A stretch of DNA of 64,000 bases, taken from the NCBI GenBank assembly GCA_942493035.1, contig OW818666.1:4129464-4193463 (forward strand), given 5' to 3'. Below, piece by piece: positions 10,034 through 20,229 of this stretch (position 1 is the first letter of the stretch; every line of letters starts with the position of its first letter). This DNA is from an uncultured Spirochaetota bacterium (lineage in GTDB: Bacteria > Spirochaetota > UBA4802 > UBA5550). The notes under the pieces were generated by a model, which saw nothing but the letters and a program-made list of their open reading frames with translations, searched no databases and was not told the DNA's origin. The position numbers were made by a program, and so were the translations under genes.

Positions 10034-10909
10034 ATGAAGCTTAACAATGAAGCAAAAGTCGGCTTTATCATAACATTAAGTTTCACAATTTTTATACTTA
10101 TTGTTGCTCTCCTTGCCAGGATTAACGTGTCAAGGTCGGGTTATGAGCTTGGAATTTATTTCGGTTTTTTAAATGACCTTAATGTGGGTGCTCCTGTAAA
10201 CATAGCAGGGGGTATAAAAATAGGTCAGGTTACTGCAATAAGGCAGTCCGGCGAAAAGACCGAAGTAGTAGTCTGGATCGATAATAAGTACCGTCTGATT
10301 AAAGATACAAAGTTTGCAATTTTTACAAAGGGTATAATCGGAAGTAAATATATAAATGTGTTTGTTCCTCCATCGGTAAATGTTGAGGATTTTTTGAACG
10401 ACGGAGACCGGGTATATGGAATCGATCCTCCAAGTTTTGATCAGATGATGCTGATCTTTCAGGGCTTTATGCAGGATCAGAGCGGCGGTGAGCTCCTTGC
10501 TGAAATTTTTAAAAACTCAAAACAGTTTATTGAGAACCTCAATACAATCTCCAGGGAAAACAAGGGTGATATCCGGCAGACCGTGCTCGTAACCAAGTCG
10601 AGTGTTTTTCTTTTCTCACAGCAGATGAGGCTGTTCATGGATGAGCTTAACAGATTTACAGGAAACATGGCGGGCTTATCGGAAAAGAATAAACAGGATG
10701 TTACTATAATAATAAAAAACATGTCTGAAATATCGAGCAATCTCAATACAATTATAGGACGTCTGGAACAGGGGAGAGGGAGTCTGGGTAAACTGATGAA
10801 TGATGAAGAGATATATTACAATATAAAAGATGCTTCAAAATCCGCAAAGGATCTTTTTGATAACCTCAAGCAGGATCCGTCCAAACTTTTTTTCAAGCAG
10901 AAGCAGTAA
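10034..10909 (+). CDS. MlaD/MCE family protein
   Basis: Start adjusted to 10034 (after GGGGG RBS); NEAKVG plus one TM helix, GAPVNIAGGIKIGQV, GIIGSKYI, helical C-terminus with GSLGKL. Confidence 0.85.
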   Translation: MKLNNEAKVGFIITLSFTIFILIVALLARINVSRSGYELGIYFGFLNDLNVGAPVNIAGGIKIGQVTAIRQSGEKTEVVVWIDNKYRLIKDTKFAIFTKGIIGSKYINVFVPPSVNVEDFLNDGDRVYGIDPPSFDQMMLIFQGFMQDQSGGELLAEIFKNSKQFIENLNTISRENKGDIRQTVLVTKSSVFLFSQQMRLFMDELNRFTGNMAGLSEKNKQDVTIIIKNMSEISSNLNTIIGRLEQGRGSLGKLMNDEEIYYNIKDASKSAKDLFDNLKQDPSKLFFKQKQ

Positions 10910-10910
10910 T

Positions 10911-12245
10911 ATGGCAAAGAAAACTGATTTTTACTTCTGTACTGCCTGCGGTGCGGATTTTTCCAAATGGAACGGAAGATGCAGCGCATGCGGCGAGTGG
11001 AATACCATCGTTGAAAAGACCGAGTCTTCACCCGGGCGAAGACATCGCGATGCACCGACTGCAGTACTTCTGAGTTCTGTGGATAAGGCGAAAACAGTCC
11101 GCGGGAAAACCGGTATAACTGAATTTGATCTGGTATGCGGCGGAGGGATTGTCCCCGGTTCGGTTATTCTTCTCGGCGGAGAACCGGGAATAGGGAAGTC
11201 CACTCTCTCGCTGCAGATATCCGAAAAGCTGAATGCGTTATATATATCGGGAGAGGAATCACCTGTACAGATCAGACAGCGTGGCGAACGGCTGTCTATA
11301 GATATGGGAAAGATCCATATCTCTGTAAACAATGAGGTTGATGATATTATTGAACTGGCCGAAAGTATTAAGCCGGGGTGTCTTATTATAGATTCGATAC
11401 AGACTATTTACTCTGCTGAGATTCCGGGGATAATAGGTTCAGTAAGTCAGGTTCGTGAATCGGCCTCAAGACTTGTTGAATTTGCCAAGAAGAAGGGTGT
11501 CCCTGTAATATTAATAGGTCATATCACAAAAGACGGAAATATCGCCGGTCCTAAACTTCTTGAGCATATAGTGGATACGGTTCTTTATTTCGAAGGGGAT
11601 TTTTCAAAGGATTATCGCGTACTACGTGCATTTAAAAACAGGTATGGCTCAGTCAACGAACTTGGCCTATTCCGGATGACCGAGAACGGACTGGAAGAGG
11701 TTAAAGATAAAAATAAAATCTTTCTCAATCCGTTTCTTTCTGCTGCACCGGGAAATGCCGTGTCAGCAGCGGTTGAGGGGAGCCGGACAATTCTCTTCGA
11801 AGTGCAGGCGCTTGTTACATTTTCGAGTTTTTCAAATCCAAGAAGATTATCTGATGGTTTTGATCTCAACAGGCTTATAATAATATGTGCTGTCCTGGAA
11901 AAACACGCCGGGCTGAAACTCAGTAATTTTGACGTATTCATAAATCTTTCAGGCGGATTTAATATTAACGAAACAGCCGGGGATCTTGCCGTAGCTGCGG
12001 CAATTGCATCGAGCCTTAAAGAGAAAAGAGTTGAGGATGGAGCTGGTTTTATCGGTGAAGTTTCACTCTCCGGTGATATAAGGCCTGTTTCAGGTATAGA
12101 TAAAAGGGTGCAGGAGTTCCGTTATTCAGGTTTCAAAAAGCTCTATGTCTCTCCTGCAGATCTTGTTAAAAGTCAGAAAGCCGGATTCGAGGGTGAAATT
12201 GTAGCTGTTGCATCAATAAGCGAATTGATGAGCGCTCTGTTTTAA
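10911..12245 (+). CDS. radA: DNA repair protein RadA/Sms
   Basis: Start adjusted to 10911; CxxC-x10-CxxC zinc finger, GGEPGIGKST, YISGEES, IDSIQT, KNRYG, Lon-like C-terminus. Confidence 0.97.
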   Translation: MAKKTDFYFCTACGADFSKWNGRCSACGEWNTIVEKTESSPGRRHRDAPTAVLLSSVDKAKTVRGKTGITEFDLVCGGGIVPGSVILLGGEPGIGKSTLSLQISEKLNALYISGEESPVQIRQRGERLSIDMGKIHISVNNEVDDIIELAESIKPGCLIIDSIQTIYSAEIPGIIGSVSQVRESASRLVEFAKKKGVPVILIGHITKDGNIAGPKLLEHIVDTVLYFEGDFSKDYRVLRAFKNRYGSVNELGLFRMTENGLEEVKDKNKIFLNPFLSAAPGNAVSAAVEGSRTILFEVQALVTFSSFSNPRRLSDGFDLNRLIIICAVLEKHAGLKLSNFDVFINLSGGFNINETAGDLAVAAAIASSLKEKRVEDGAGFIGEVSLSGDIRPVSGIDKRVQEFRYSGFKKLYVSPADLVKSQKAGFEGEIVAVASISELMSALF

Positions 12246-12294
12246 AAGAAAAATTGTTGCTAAATATAGATATATGGTTAAAAATGTATAAAAT

Positions 12295-12380
12295 GTCGGG
12301 CCAAATGATTATTTGCCCGTACGGGATGAATATTATCTGAAAAATTTTGGTCGTTGGGGCAAATAATCATTTGCCCGCAT
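12295..12380. repeat. Inverted doublet of REP-like palindromes
   Basis: GTCGGGCCAAATGATTATTTGCCCGTAC (12295-12322) and, in the opposite orientation, GTTGGGGCAAATAATCATTTGCCCGCAT (12353-12380); 30-nt spacer. Confidence 0.75.
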
Positions 12381-12437
12381 GGATGGATATTGTTTCGAAA
12401 TTTCTTAAAAGAAAATAAGGTTAAAAAGATAAATAAA

Positions 12438-13433
12438 ATGAGATTCAGAATAAGACACTATCATAATAAGTTTTCAAGAAAATTCTACGAGAGCTACTTC
12501 GTTTTCAAAAAGAAGAGGGAGAAGGTCTGGAAGAGATTTGTTGAAAAGGGTCATGAAAAAATGACCGTTATGTTTATCCCTCACAATGAGAAGAAGATTT
12601 TCAACTTCCAGATATCTAAATTTATTATTTTTTTCTTTCTCAGCCTTTTTATATTTGTTATCATTACCTCCTCTTATGCCGTAATTAAAAACAGAAATAT
12701 TAAAAATGAGGAGAGAAAACTTCTCCTTTCATATAACGATATCCGGGCTGATCTTATCCGGTACGAACAGCTGACAAATGAAATTACAGATATAGTAAGC
12801 GATCTAAAACCGGATATTGAAGATCTCTATCAGCTTGCGGCAGGTACTGACGAGATTGGTGATCTATGGGCATACAAGGATTTCGACCATGATGTTATGG
12901 AGGAGCTCCTTAAAAATAAGAGAATTGTCCCTGATGAGATTTTTGCAATGAAAGAAGTGCAGAAGGATTTAATGAGCACAACCAGCACTATTAAAACAAT
13001 TAAGAATTTTATCGATGTGAGAAGCAAAGTTATTCAGGACATGCCGTCTATCATACCTAATCCCGGTCATATATCGTCTCTATTCGGATGGAGAAGATCA
13101 CCTTTCGGTCACGGGAGAGATTTCCATACCGGTATAGATATCGCCGCATCTGCAGGAACTGTTATCCGTACCACCGCACCTGGTGTAGTTGTCTCATCGG
13201 GATGGATGGGGGGATACGGAAAAGCAGTAAGGATTCAGCACAAATTCGGTTATGAAACTATTTACGGACATATGAGTTCCATTGCTGTGGGCAAAGGGGC
13301 TAAAGTCGGAAAGGGTGACCGCATCGGTTTTGTCGGAATGACAGGAAACGCCACAGGTAACCACAACCATTATGAAATCAGACTTGGAGATATTCCAATC
13401 AACCCGTATCCATATATGAGTCGAATGTGGTAA
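12438..13433 (+). CDS. M23 family metallopeptidase (murein hydrolase or activator)
   Basis: TM helix, coiled coil, HTGID, YGHM, HNHYE. The track start at 12354 lies inside the REP doublet, so ATG 12438 is preferred. Confidence 0.9.
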   Translation: MRFRIRHYHNKFSRKFYESYFVFKKKREKVWKRFVEKGHEKMTVMFIPHNEKKIFNFQISKFIIFFFLSLFIFVIITSSYAVIKNRNIKNEERKLLLSYNDIRADLIRYEQLTNEITDIVSDLKPDIEDLYQLAAGTDEIGDLWAYKDFDHDVMEELLKNKRIVPDEIFAMKEVQKDLMSTTSTIKTIKNFIDVRSKVIQDMPSIIPNPGHISSLFGWRRSPFGHGRDFHTGIDIAASAGTVIRTTAPGVVVSSGWMGGYGKAVRIQHKFGYETIYGHMSSIAVGKGAKVGKGDRIGFVGMTGNATGNHNHYEIRLGDIPINPYPYMSRMW

Positions 13434-13441
13434 TATTTTTA

Positions 13442-13470
13442 TTGCTCTGTTTTGAGTGATATGGTATAAT
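13442..13470 (+). promoter_or_regulatory. Sigma70-type promoter with extended -10
   Basis: TTGCTC-N17-TATAAT with TG at the extended position, 38 nt before the 1882-aa gene. Confidence 0.65.
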
Positions 13471-13508
13471 CAGCTGTTTTATAATAAATAATGCAGATCA
13501 GCAGCTGA

Positions 13509-16500
13509 ATGAATAGAATATTTTTAATCTACATCTCTTCGCTTGTCATAACCGCTGCTGGTATTTATTATGCAGGGGCGCAGGATCATTCCGGTTTTAA
13601 AGAAAAAATGATTCAATTCCTGGAAAATGCCGGGACAAAAAGTGATTCTGCTGAACCGGCAAATCCGGAAAATAATGTCTTTCTTCGATCTGATAATAAT
13701 AACAATACATTTTTTAAAAGCGGTGAATGGTCGGAATATGTTTCCAATCCTGAATCGTTTATAAATCCGGAGCAGTTTAAAAACGGAAATCTTTATTCCG
13801 ATGAGAAGATAAACATAAATGCTTCCGGTTCCGTTAATGTAAATCTCAACTACGGTAAATCATACTATACCAGCAAAAAATATATTCAGTATGATGAGGA
13901 TCTCCCGTATTCAAGAGTTATCGATTCGGGATTCTGGCCGGAGCAGAAAATTCTCCTGCACATGGACGGAACTATCGGTGATAGAATAACCGTTTTTATC
14001 GATCATGACAGCAGCCGGAAAGAAAATCAGTATATGCTCAATTACCGTGCCCTCTCTGATGATGAAGTTATCCGCGAGATAAATGCCGGAGAGATTGATA
14101 TAAAATTTAATCACTCCAGATATGCAGTTTATGACAATACTGATGCAAAAGGTCTTGGTGTCGATTTTACTCTGGCAAAGAATGATTTTACATTAAAAGC
14201 CTTCGGCAGTGTGGCACGGGGTGAAACAATGGTGGAATATTTTAAGGGTAATTCATCTCCATCCGGTATTAAAATTGCGGAATATCAGTATATAAGCGCA
14301 ACCTATTATCAGCTCGAACCTTTTATCCGCTACGACGGAGCTGCTGTAACTCCTTCAGGGAGCGGAGCTTATTCTCTTGTAACATTTACTTCAGCACCGG
14401 CTAATCCAGCGGCATATGTTCTGTCTCCCGTTAACATCTCACCGTCAGATTTTGAACTCTATGTAGACGATCAGAACCAGTATAACAACAATAACGCAAT
14501 TGTCCTCCCCCTCGACGGGGGATATTATACAAGAATGGTCAGCGGTAGTGATTATTCTATTAATTTTTCTACAGGGGTTATTCATTTATTGAAGGAGTTT
14601 CCTCAGAGTTCAAGGATATTTGCAGTATATAAACGGACAGGGGGGACTCTTGATCCATGCGCATTATCATCTGGACCCGGGATATTTTCCAACAGAATAT
14701 TTGTTTTTATAAAATACGGCTACTCCATTGATGAAGATCGAAACAAAGATCTGGTGCTGGATACCGGTGAAGATAGAAATGGCGACGGCAGAGTTAATCT
14801 TGATATCTATGAAATCAGATCGGTCTATTTTCTCGGTAACAGGCAGATTCTTTCATCAGACTTTTCCATAGATTTTTATAAAGAGAATCAGATTATGGAT
14901 AAGGAGGATATAACTAAACTCAGCAGCTATAGGCTTAATCTCCAGGAAGGTTTAATTCAATTCTCTACAAGGGAGCCCTTTAAATCAGTTCTGCCTGCAG
15001 ATAAAGCGGCCAGAATTTATACTGAAACGAAAGTTATTGATGGCTATCTCTACTCATTATATAATATGATCTCTGAGTTCAATGTTGAGGCGCGGCTGTT
15101 CAAGTTAAAGTATAGTAATGTCATTGATAAGAGTGTCCGGGTCAAGATCAATGAAGTTGAACTCTCTCCATCTTTATATAGTGTAGATTATGAATCAGGC
15201 TATATAAATTTTATAGATTCAAATAATCCTGTAATAAGTTCAGATTCAAGAATTGAAATTAAATATGAGTATCTCCCATTCGGCTCTTCAAGTGAAAACT
15301 TCATCAGCGGCGTACGTGCAGATTATGATTTAAACAAAAGCCTGAGACTCGGCGGAACCATAATGTTTTCCAAAGACGGACAGAGTGAAATTATTCCCGA
15401 TATCGGAAATGTAAGCGAGCAGACGCTGCTATTCGAAGGGGATGCGTCGCTAAGGCTTTCGCAGAAGCGTCTGGCGGATCTATATAATATTTTTGCAGAG
15501 AGAAAAAAGAGATCTATTCCGGCGGAATTCTCCGCCTATGCCGAGTATGCAAAGAGCATTAAAAATGTGAATACGTTCGGAAAAGCCCTTATTGACAACA
15601 TGGAGACCTCGGACGAAATAGTTTCAGTTTCACTGTCAGAGAAAGACTGGATTCTGTCATCTCTCCCTGCCTCATATTCGCAAAGCAGCCGGGGTCTGCT
15701 GAATTACTATTTTTACAGAAATCCCGATTCCCCCGAGACATTAAAGGGTGAAGGGTATAATTCCTACCTGATAAATTACTCAGTAAAATCAGGACCGTTT
15801 AATATTGCAATGGGGCATGTTGATTCTGATATTACAGAGCAGGCTTATCAGAAGTCTCTTGTTTTTGATTCTAATTTCTCAGCAGGTCAGAATATTGTAA
15901 GTGCTGTAACAAGAGAACTGACTGATACCTCCATAGATCTCTCGGGGATGCAGTACGTTGAAGTATGGGTTAAATATGAAGGTGGAGCTTCGGACTCGGT
16001 GGACCTCAAGCTCGACTTCGGTTCAGTAGATGAGGATTCCGATGGTGACGGAGTATTTGATACGGAAGATGCAAACAGGAACGGATACATAGACTCTGAA
16101 CCGTCAACGGGATACTCCGAGGATCGTGGATATGTTTTTAACCCGGCCGGCGGGACAGCGACAAAGATCGGTTCAGGACCGGGTCTGAGCAGTTTAACAA
16201 AGGGTGATGGTGTACTTACCAGTGAGGATCTTAACGGGAATGGTCTGCTTGATATAACTAATAATATTTATCAGGTGGACGTCGGGACTATTACTCCGGC
16301 TGGTGGAGTATGGCAGAAGCTCAGAGTTCATATCGACTGGAGTACTGTCTCATCATCGCAGATACAGGCGCTTCAGCAGACAAAAAGTATTAGACTTAAT
16401 CTTGTAAGAAATAACGGATCATCCGGCCGTGTGTCAATCGATACTCTTAAAGTCATAAGTGCAAAATGGAAAAATCCGAAGCTGAATGACATCACTCCTA

Positions 16501-19157
16501 TCAATGATCCGGAGACTATGAAGATTACACTTGTAAACAGCATTAGTGACAGCGATTACAGAAATGAATCCTTTCTAATCAGAGAGAGATCATTGTATAA
16601 ACAGCTTTATGGAGATGAAAGCACCGATGATATAGAGAGCGAAAGCGAAACGGCCCTGCAGATAGAATATAATCTTAATGCACCGGATTATGCTTCGGTT
16701 ATAAGAAAGTTTTCAAAAGAGATAGATATAAGATTTTATAAAACAATGAATTTATGGCTTAATGTCAGAGATAGTATCTCATCAAATGTGATCGGATTCA
16801 TCATCGGATCATCTGACAGTGATTTTATTGAATACAGAATCACCCCGAATTTCAGTATGATCTGGAGTGAGATTAAATTAAAATTATCTAAAGATTCCAG
16901 CGGGAATATTGATAAGTATCAGGTCACAGGAAATCCCGATTTAAAAAGAATAAAATATATCAAAGCAGTAGTGCATGGAAACGGAAGCAGCGGTAAAATC
17001 TGGCTTAACGAAATATATGTATCTGAGCCTGAAACACTGGAGGGTGATGCTAAGTGGTATGAATTTGAAATGAAAACACTAAGACCTCTGTTTAAAACTG
17101 CTTCCGGTGTACCTGTTCTTTCCGATATGAATTTACGTTATATATATAAAGGGCACTCTTCTCAGTTCAGTTCAGTGAATAAAACTTCATCTGATGTAGA
17201 AGAAAATTATCATGAGCTTTTTGCATCTGCGAAGATCCTCCCCAATTGGGATACAAATTTTAATTATGTCAATGAATTCAGCAGAACGGACAGTTTGAAT
17301 GAAGAGGTTGCCGACGCAAAAAAAGGGGATGCACGGAGAAATTTTTTCATGGTGAATTCGGTTTTTAATTCTACCGTAGAGAATGTTCCTTCGATTACAT
17401 TTTCATACTCATTTGATAAAAATGAGAATATAAGAGAGGCGGCATCTGAAGGGAGCAGTTACAGCGAAGATTCAATCAGTGTAATTCACACACCGGTTAT
17501 TTTATACAGACAGGATCTTGAAGATTTTCTTTACGGGAAATTTTCACTCAGGATGATTCTTGATATGGCTTTTTCGCATAACAAAATAGATCGTGATTCG
17601 TCCGTGATAGATGACGCAATGCTTTCATCATCAGTAGTCTTGAGTGAGTCTGAAAAAAAACAGAAATCTGATGCTAAAATTGAACTGGATTATGCAAACA
17701 GTCTGTTCTTTTTTCGTCCCCAGTTTACAACATCTTCTATCGAATATGTAATGTTAAACGGAGGGGATAATTATGATGAAACAGGTGTTGACGGCGGTTT
17801 AAACGGGAATTTCTATTTACCGTTCCGGAACTATGATGACTCAAAGTTTATAGAGAGAAATAACGGGACAGGTTTTACTCTGGGAGTAAAGTTTCTGGAA
17901 TATCTGTCTCCGGAATATTCCATGAGTGTAGATTATAAAGAGAATGCATTTAAAGATTATAAAGATGAAACGGTAATCGATGAAGGTTTCAGCCGGTTTA
18001 AAAGCACCATGTCCAATTTAACTTCGGAGATTACACTCCCTTTCCAGTTAAGAAAAATTGAAGTGTTAAAAAGAGTAAAAAATTTTCAGTTGAATTATCA
18101 GCGTTCAATATATTTTAATGAAGCTGATGTCCCCTATGAGGGGGAGGGAACCGGTCTTTTTGATGAAGAATACGGGATATCAAATGTGCTTAAAGGAGCT
18201 GCTTCACCCGCTTATAATCTGATTTCAAATTATCCCGGATTATATTTCAGAGGGAGAGGGAATGCCGGGAAGGGCCGTGATTTATTATATAATGCTTTAA
18301 ATGATGATGACGGCATCAGTGAGCTTGGCAGTTCAAGTGAATATAATAATTCGCTCAAACTTGTAGATAGATTAAATGCCGATATCTCTGTTGATGCGGA
18401 TCTATTCAAATTTTATTCTTCAGGGAGTATCAGCCAGGTCTGCGAAAGGAGTAATGTTTACGGAATTCCAAATCAGGTATTGATTGCGGACACCGGTGTG
18501 AATTTTGAGTTTGATCTTATGAAGATATTCAGCTTCGGTTTTTTCAGGGCAAATGGTGAGGGCTTGTCATATCATGCTGCGAATTTTGACGTTGGTCTGA
18601 GTTTTACGGACAGTATGCTCATTACATATAATATAAATGAAAAGAAGATTGCTCCATCAGCGGGATTCGTTTTCAACTGGAACAGGAGCAGTCTGAATTT
18701 AAAATATGAATTTGAATTCAGAGATAAAAACAATGAAGAATATATAAGTACATCTCTTGAAGAAGATGATACTGATTTTATCTATCTTCAGAATATGGAG
18801 GGGAGCAGCAGTTTCAGCGAGAAGGATTACGGCCATGTATTTCTTTCGAGGTATGAAACAGACATCGAATGGCTCTATTCATTTTTTTCGAACTTCTACA
18901 AATTAACAGGTATACCGTTATTTTCTATAGAATACAGAATGGAGATAAATAGATACGATTATTTTAAAACCGTGGCGCCTGAACCGTATGACCTTTTTAT
19001 GCTCTCATCAAATCTTAATCTTGATCTTCACAGGAATATTCAGGGTTCTATCGGCGGAAAAATGGCTATGGAAAAATTCAGAAACAGAGAAAATAATGGT
19101 ATAAGCAGAGAGATAATGTCTTATGAAGTCAATGCCGGGATATCTTTTATTTTCTGA
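13509..19157 (+). CDS. SprA/Sov-like large outer-membrane protein
   Basis: Signal peptide, C-terminal Phe, and a colinear series of SprA-type motifs: YSVDYESGYINF, YEY, LIDNME, DLSGMQYVEVW, DFGSVDED, EDLNGNG, DIRFYKTM, GNPDLKRIK, IWLNEI. Confidence 0.7.
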   Translation: MNRIFLIYISSLVITAAGIYYAGAQDHSGFKEKMIQFLENAGTKSDSAEPANPENNVFLRSDNNNNTFFKSGEWSEYVSNPESFINPEQFKNGNLYSDEKININASGSVNVNLNYGKSYYTSKKYIQYDEDLPYSRVIDSGFWPEQKILLHMDGTIGDRITVFIDHDSSRKENQYMLNYRALSDDEVIREINAGEIDIKFNHSRYAVYDNTDAKGLGVDFTLAKNDFTLKAFGSVARGETMVEYFKGNSSPSGIKIAEYQYISATYYQLEPFIRYDGAAVTPSGSGAYSLVTFTSAPANPAAYVLSPVNISPSDFELYVDDQNQYNNNNAIVLPLDGGYYTRMVSGSDYSINFSTGVIHLLKEFPQSSRIFAVYKRTGGTLDPCALSSGPGIFSNRIFVFIKYGYSIDEDRNKDLVLDTGEDRNGDGRVNLDIYEIRSVYFLGNRQILSSDFSIDFYKENQIMDKEDITKLSSYRLNLQEGLIQFSTREPFKSVLPADKAARIYTETKVIDGYLYSLYNMISEFNVEARLFKLKYSNVIDKSVRVKINEVELSPSLYSVDYESGYINFIDSNNPVISSDSRIEIKYEYLPFGSSSENFISGVRADYDLNKSLRLGGTIMFSKDGQSEIIPDIGNVSEQTLLFEGDASLRLSQKRLADLYNIFAERKKRSIPAEFSAYAEYAKSIKNVNTFGKALIDNMETSDEIVSVSLSEKDWILSSLPASYSQSSRGLLNYYFYRNPDSPETLKGEGYNSYLINYSVKSGPFNIAMGHVDSDITEQAYQKSLVFDSNFSAGQNIVSAVTRELTDTSIDLSGMQYVEVWVKYEGGASDSVDLKLDFGSVDEDSDGDGVFDTEDANRNGYIDSEPSTGYSEDRGYVFNPAGGTATKIGSGPGLSSLTKGDGVLTSEDLNGNGLLDITNNIYQVDVGTITPAGGVWQKLRVHIDWSTVSSSQIQALQQTKSIRLNLVRNNGSSGRVSIDTLKVISAKWKNPKLNDITPINDPETMKITLVNSISDSDYRNESFLIRERSLYKQLYGDESTDDIESESETALQIEYNLNAPDYASVIRKFSKEIDIRFYKTMNLWLNVRDSISSNVIGFIIGSSDSDFIEYRITPNFSMIWSEIKLKLSKDSSGNIDKYQVTGNPDLKRIKYIKAVVHGNGSSGKIWLNEIYVSEPETLEGDAKWYEFEMKTLRPLFKTASGVPVLSDMNLRYIYKGHSSQFSSVNKTSSDVEENYHELFASAKILPNWDTNFNYVNEFSRTDSLNEEVADAKKGDARRNFFMVNSVFNSTVENVPSITFSYSFDKNENIREAASEGSSYSEDSISVIHTPVILYRQDLEDFLYGKFSLRMILDMAFSHNKIDRDSSVIDDAMLSSSVVLSESEKKQKSDAKIELDYANSLFFFRPQFTTSSIEYVMLNGGDNYDETGVDGGLNGNFYLPFRNYDDSKFIERNNGTGFTLGVKFLEYLSPEYSMSVDYKENAFKDYKDETVIDEGFSRFKSTMSNLTSEITLPFQLRKIEVLKRVKNFQLNYQRSIYFNEADVPYEGEGTGLFDEEYGISNVLKGAASPAYNLISNYPGLYFRGRGNAGKGRDLLYNALNDDDGISELGSSSEYNNSLKLVDRLNADISVDADLFKFYSSGSISQVCERSNVYGIPNQVLIADTGVNFEFDLMKIFSFGFFRANGEGLSYHAANFDVGLSFTDSMLITYNINEKKIAPSAGFVFNWNRSSLNLKYEFEFRDKNNEEYISTSLEEDDTDFIYLQNMEGSSSFSEKDYGHVFLSRYETDIEWLYSFFSNFYKLTGIPLFSIEYRMEINRYDYFKTVAPEPYDLFMLSSNLNLDLHRNIQGSIGGKMAMEKFRNRENNGISREIMSYEVNAGISFIF

Positions 19158-20229
19158 ATAAAGAAGCGGCCCGTTTTAATGCTGTTGAGAAAAATGAACT
19201 TATGTCGTGAATGTAAATCTGATCCCGTGATTTTTTTAATTTTTCGATAGTTGTAATTTCAACTGTTTTCCAGAGCAGATTTTTATCCGGACACGCCTGA
19301 AAATAATCCAGTTTAATCTGATATGCCCCTTTGAATTGTCTCCCTCCGCCTGTCGGTGTTATGTTTTTTATTAAAGCATTAATATCAAGATTTTCAGATT
19401 TTGATCTGAAGGATACATCAAGAAAAAGTTCCCCTCGGGATTTATCTTCAACAATAGCATAAACAATTACAGTGCTGGTGTCGGGCTTTTTTAAAAGAAG
19501 ATCTGCGGTTATTGCTATTGAATCGCGGCTTTCAATATCTATAAAACCGATACCATAGAATCGCCAGTCTTTATATATGTGCTGATTCTCTGTTGCTTTT
19601 CTGTAATATCTCATTGTTACAGGTGAAATCGGGATTCCGTTAATCTTATTGATTATATCTTTGTCTGAAAATTCTGAGAGATACCGCATTGCTTCAATGT
19701 CTATTGAAGTTGCATGTTCATATTTATCCGTATCTGTCTGAATTCCGAACATCAGCGCAGTTGAAGCAGAGATGAGATCTTTACTGCTAAGAGGCGGTAT
19801 ATGATCTTTAATCATAAGAGCTATCAGTGAGCTGGTGGATCCTGCATCTGTTTTAATAAGTGAAAAATCTGATGATACTTTTTTATCTGTTTTTGTGTGA
19901 TGATCGATATGGGCCGCACATGGTATAGTCCCGGAAATTCCATCTATAATATTTGTCTGAAAATCGGGAACAATGTAAGCATCGTATTTTTGGGGAGACA
20001 GATCTTTTTTGAAAAAAAGAGGTATGTCGAGATATTTCACAAAGGCTTTATTCTGTGATAATGATATTTTTTTTGAAATAATAATGTCAGAATTAATTGA
20101 AACTGATGACAGCAGAATCTTTAACGCATATGCCGAGGCAAGAGCGTCCGGATCCGGAGATCCAAGTATGATGATCATAATATTTTTATACTGTTTTACG
20201 GCAGCCATGAACGCTTCAGTGTTGTTCAT
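19147..20229 (-). CDS. DHH family phosphoesterase (NrnA/c-di-AMP phosphodiesterase-like)
   Basis: PDPDALAS, IDHH, GIQTDT, GGGR in a DHHA1-like C-terminus. Confidence 0.88.
   Translation of the reverse strand: MNNTEAFMAAVKQYKNIMIIILGSPDPDALASAYALKILLSSVSINSDIIISKKISLSQNKAFVKYLDIPLFFKKDLSPQKYDAYIVPDFQTNIIDGISGTIPCAAHIDHHTKTDKKVSSDFSLIKTDAGSTSSLIALMIKDHIPPLSSKDLISASTALMFGIQTDTDKYEHATSIDIEAMRYLSEFSDKDIINKINGIPISPVTMRYYRKATENQHIYKDWRFYGIGFIDIESRDSIAITADLLLKKPDTSTVIVYAIVEDKSRGELFLDVSFRSKSENLDINALIKNITPTGGGRQFKGAYQIKLDYFQACPDKNLLWKTVEITTIEKLKKSRDQIYIHDISSFFSTALKRAASLFRK

Noticed and set aside
10034-10909. MlaD without mlaE/mlaF as a novel system
   Set aside because: Dispersed Mla/MCE genes are common; nothing further supports novelty.
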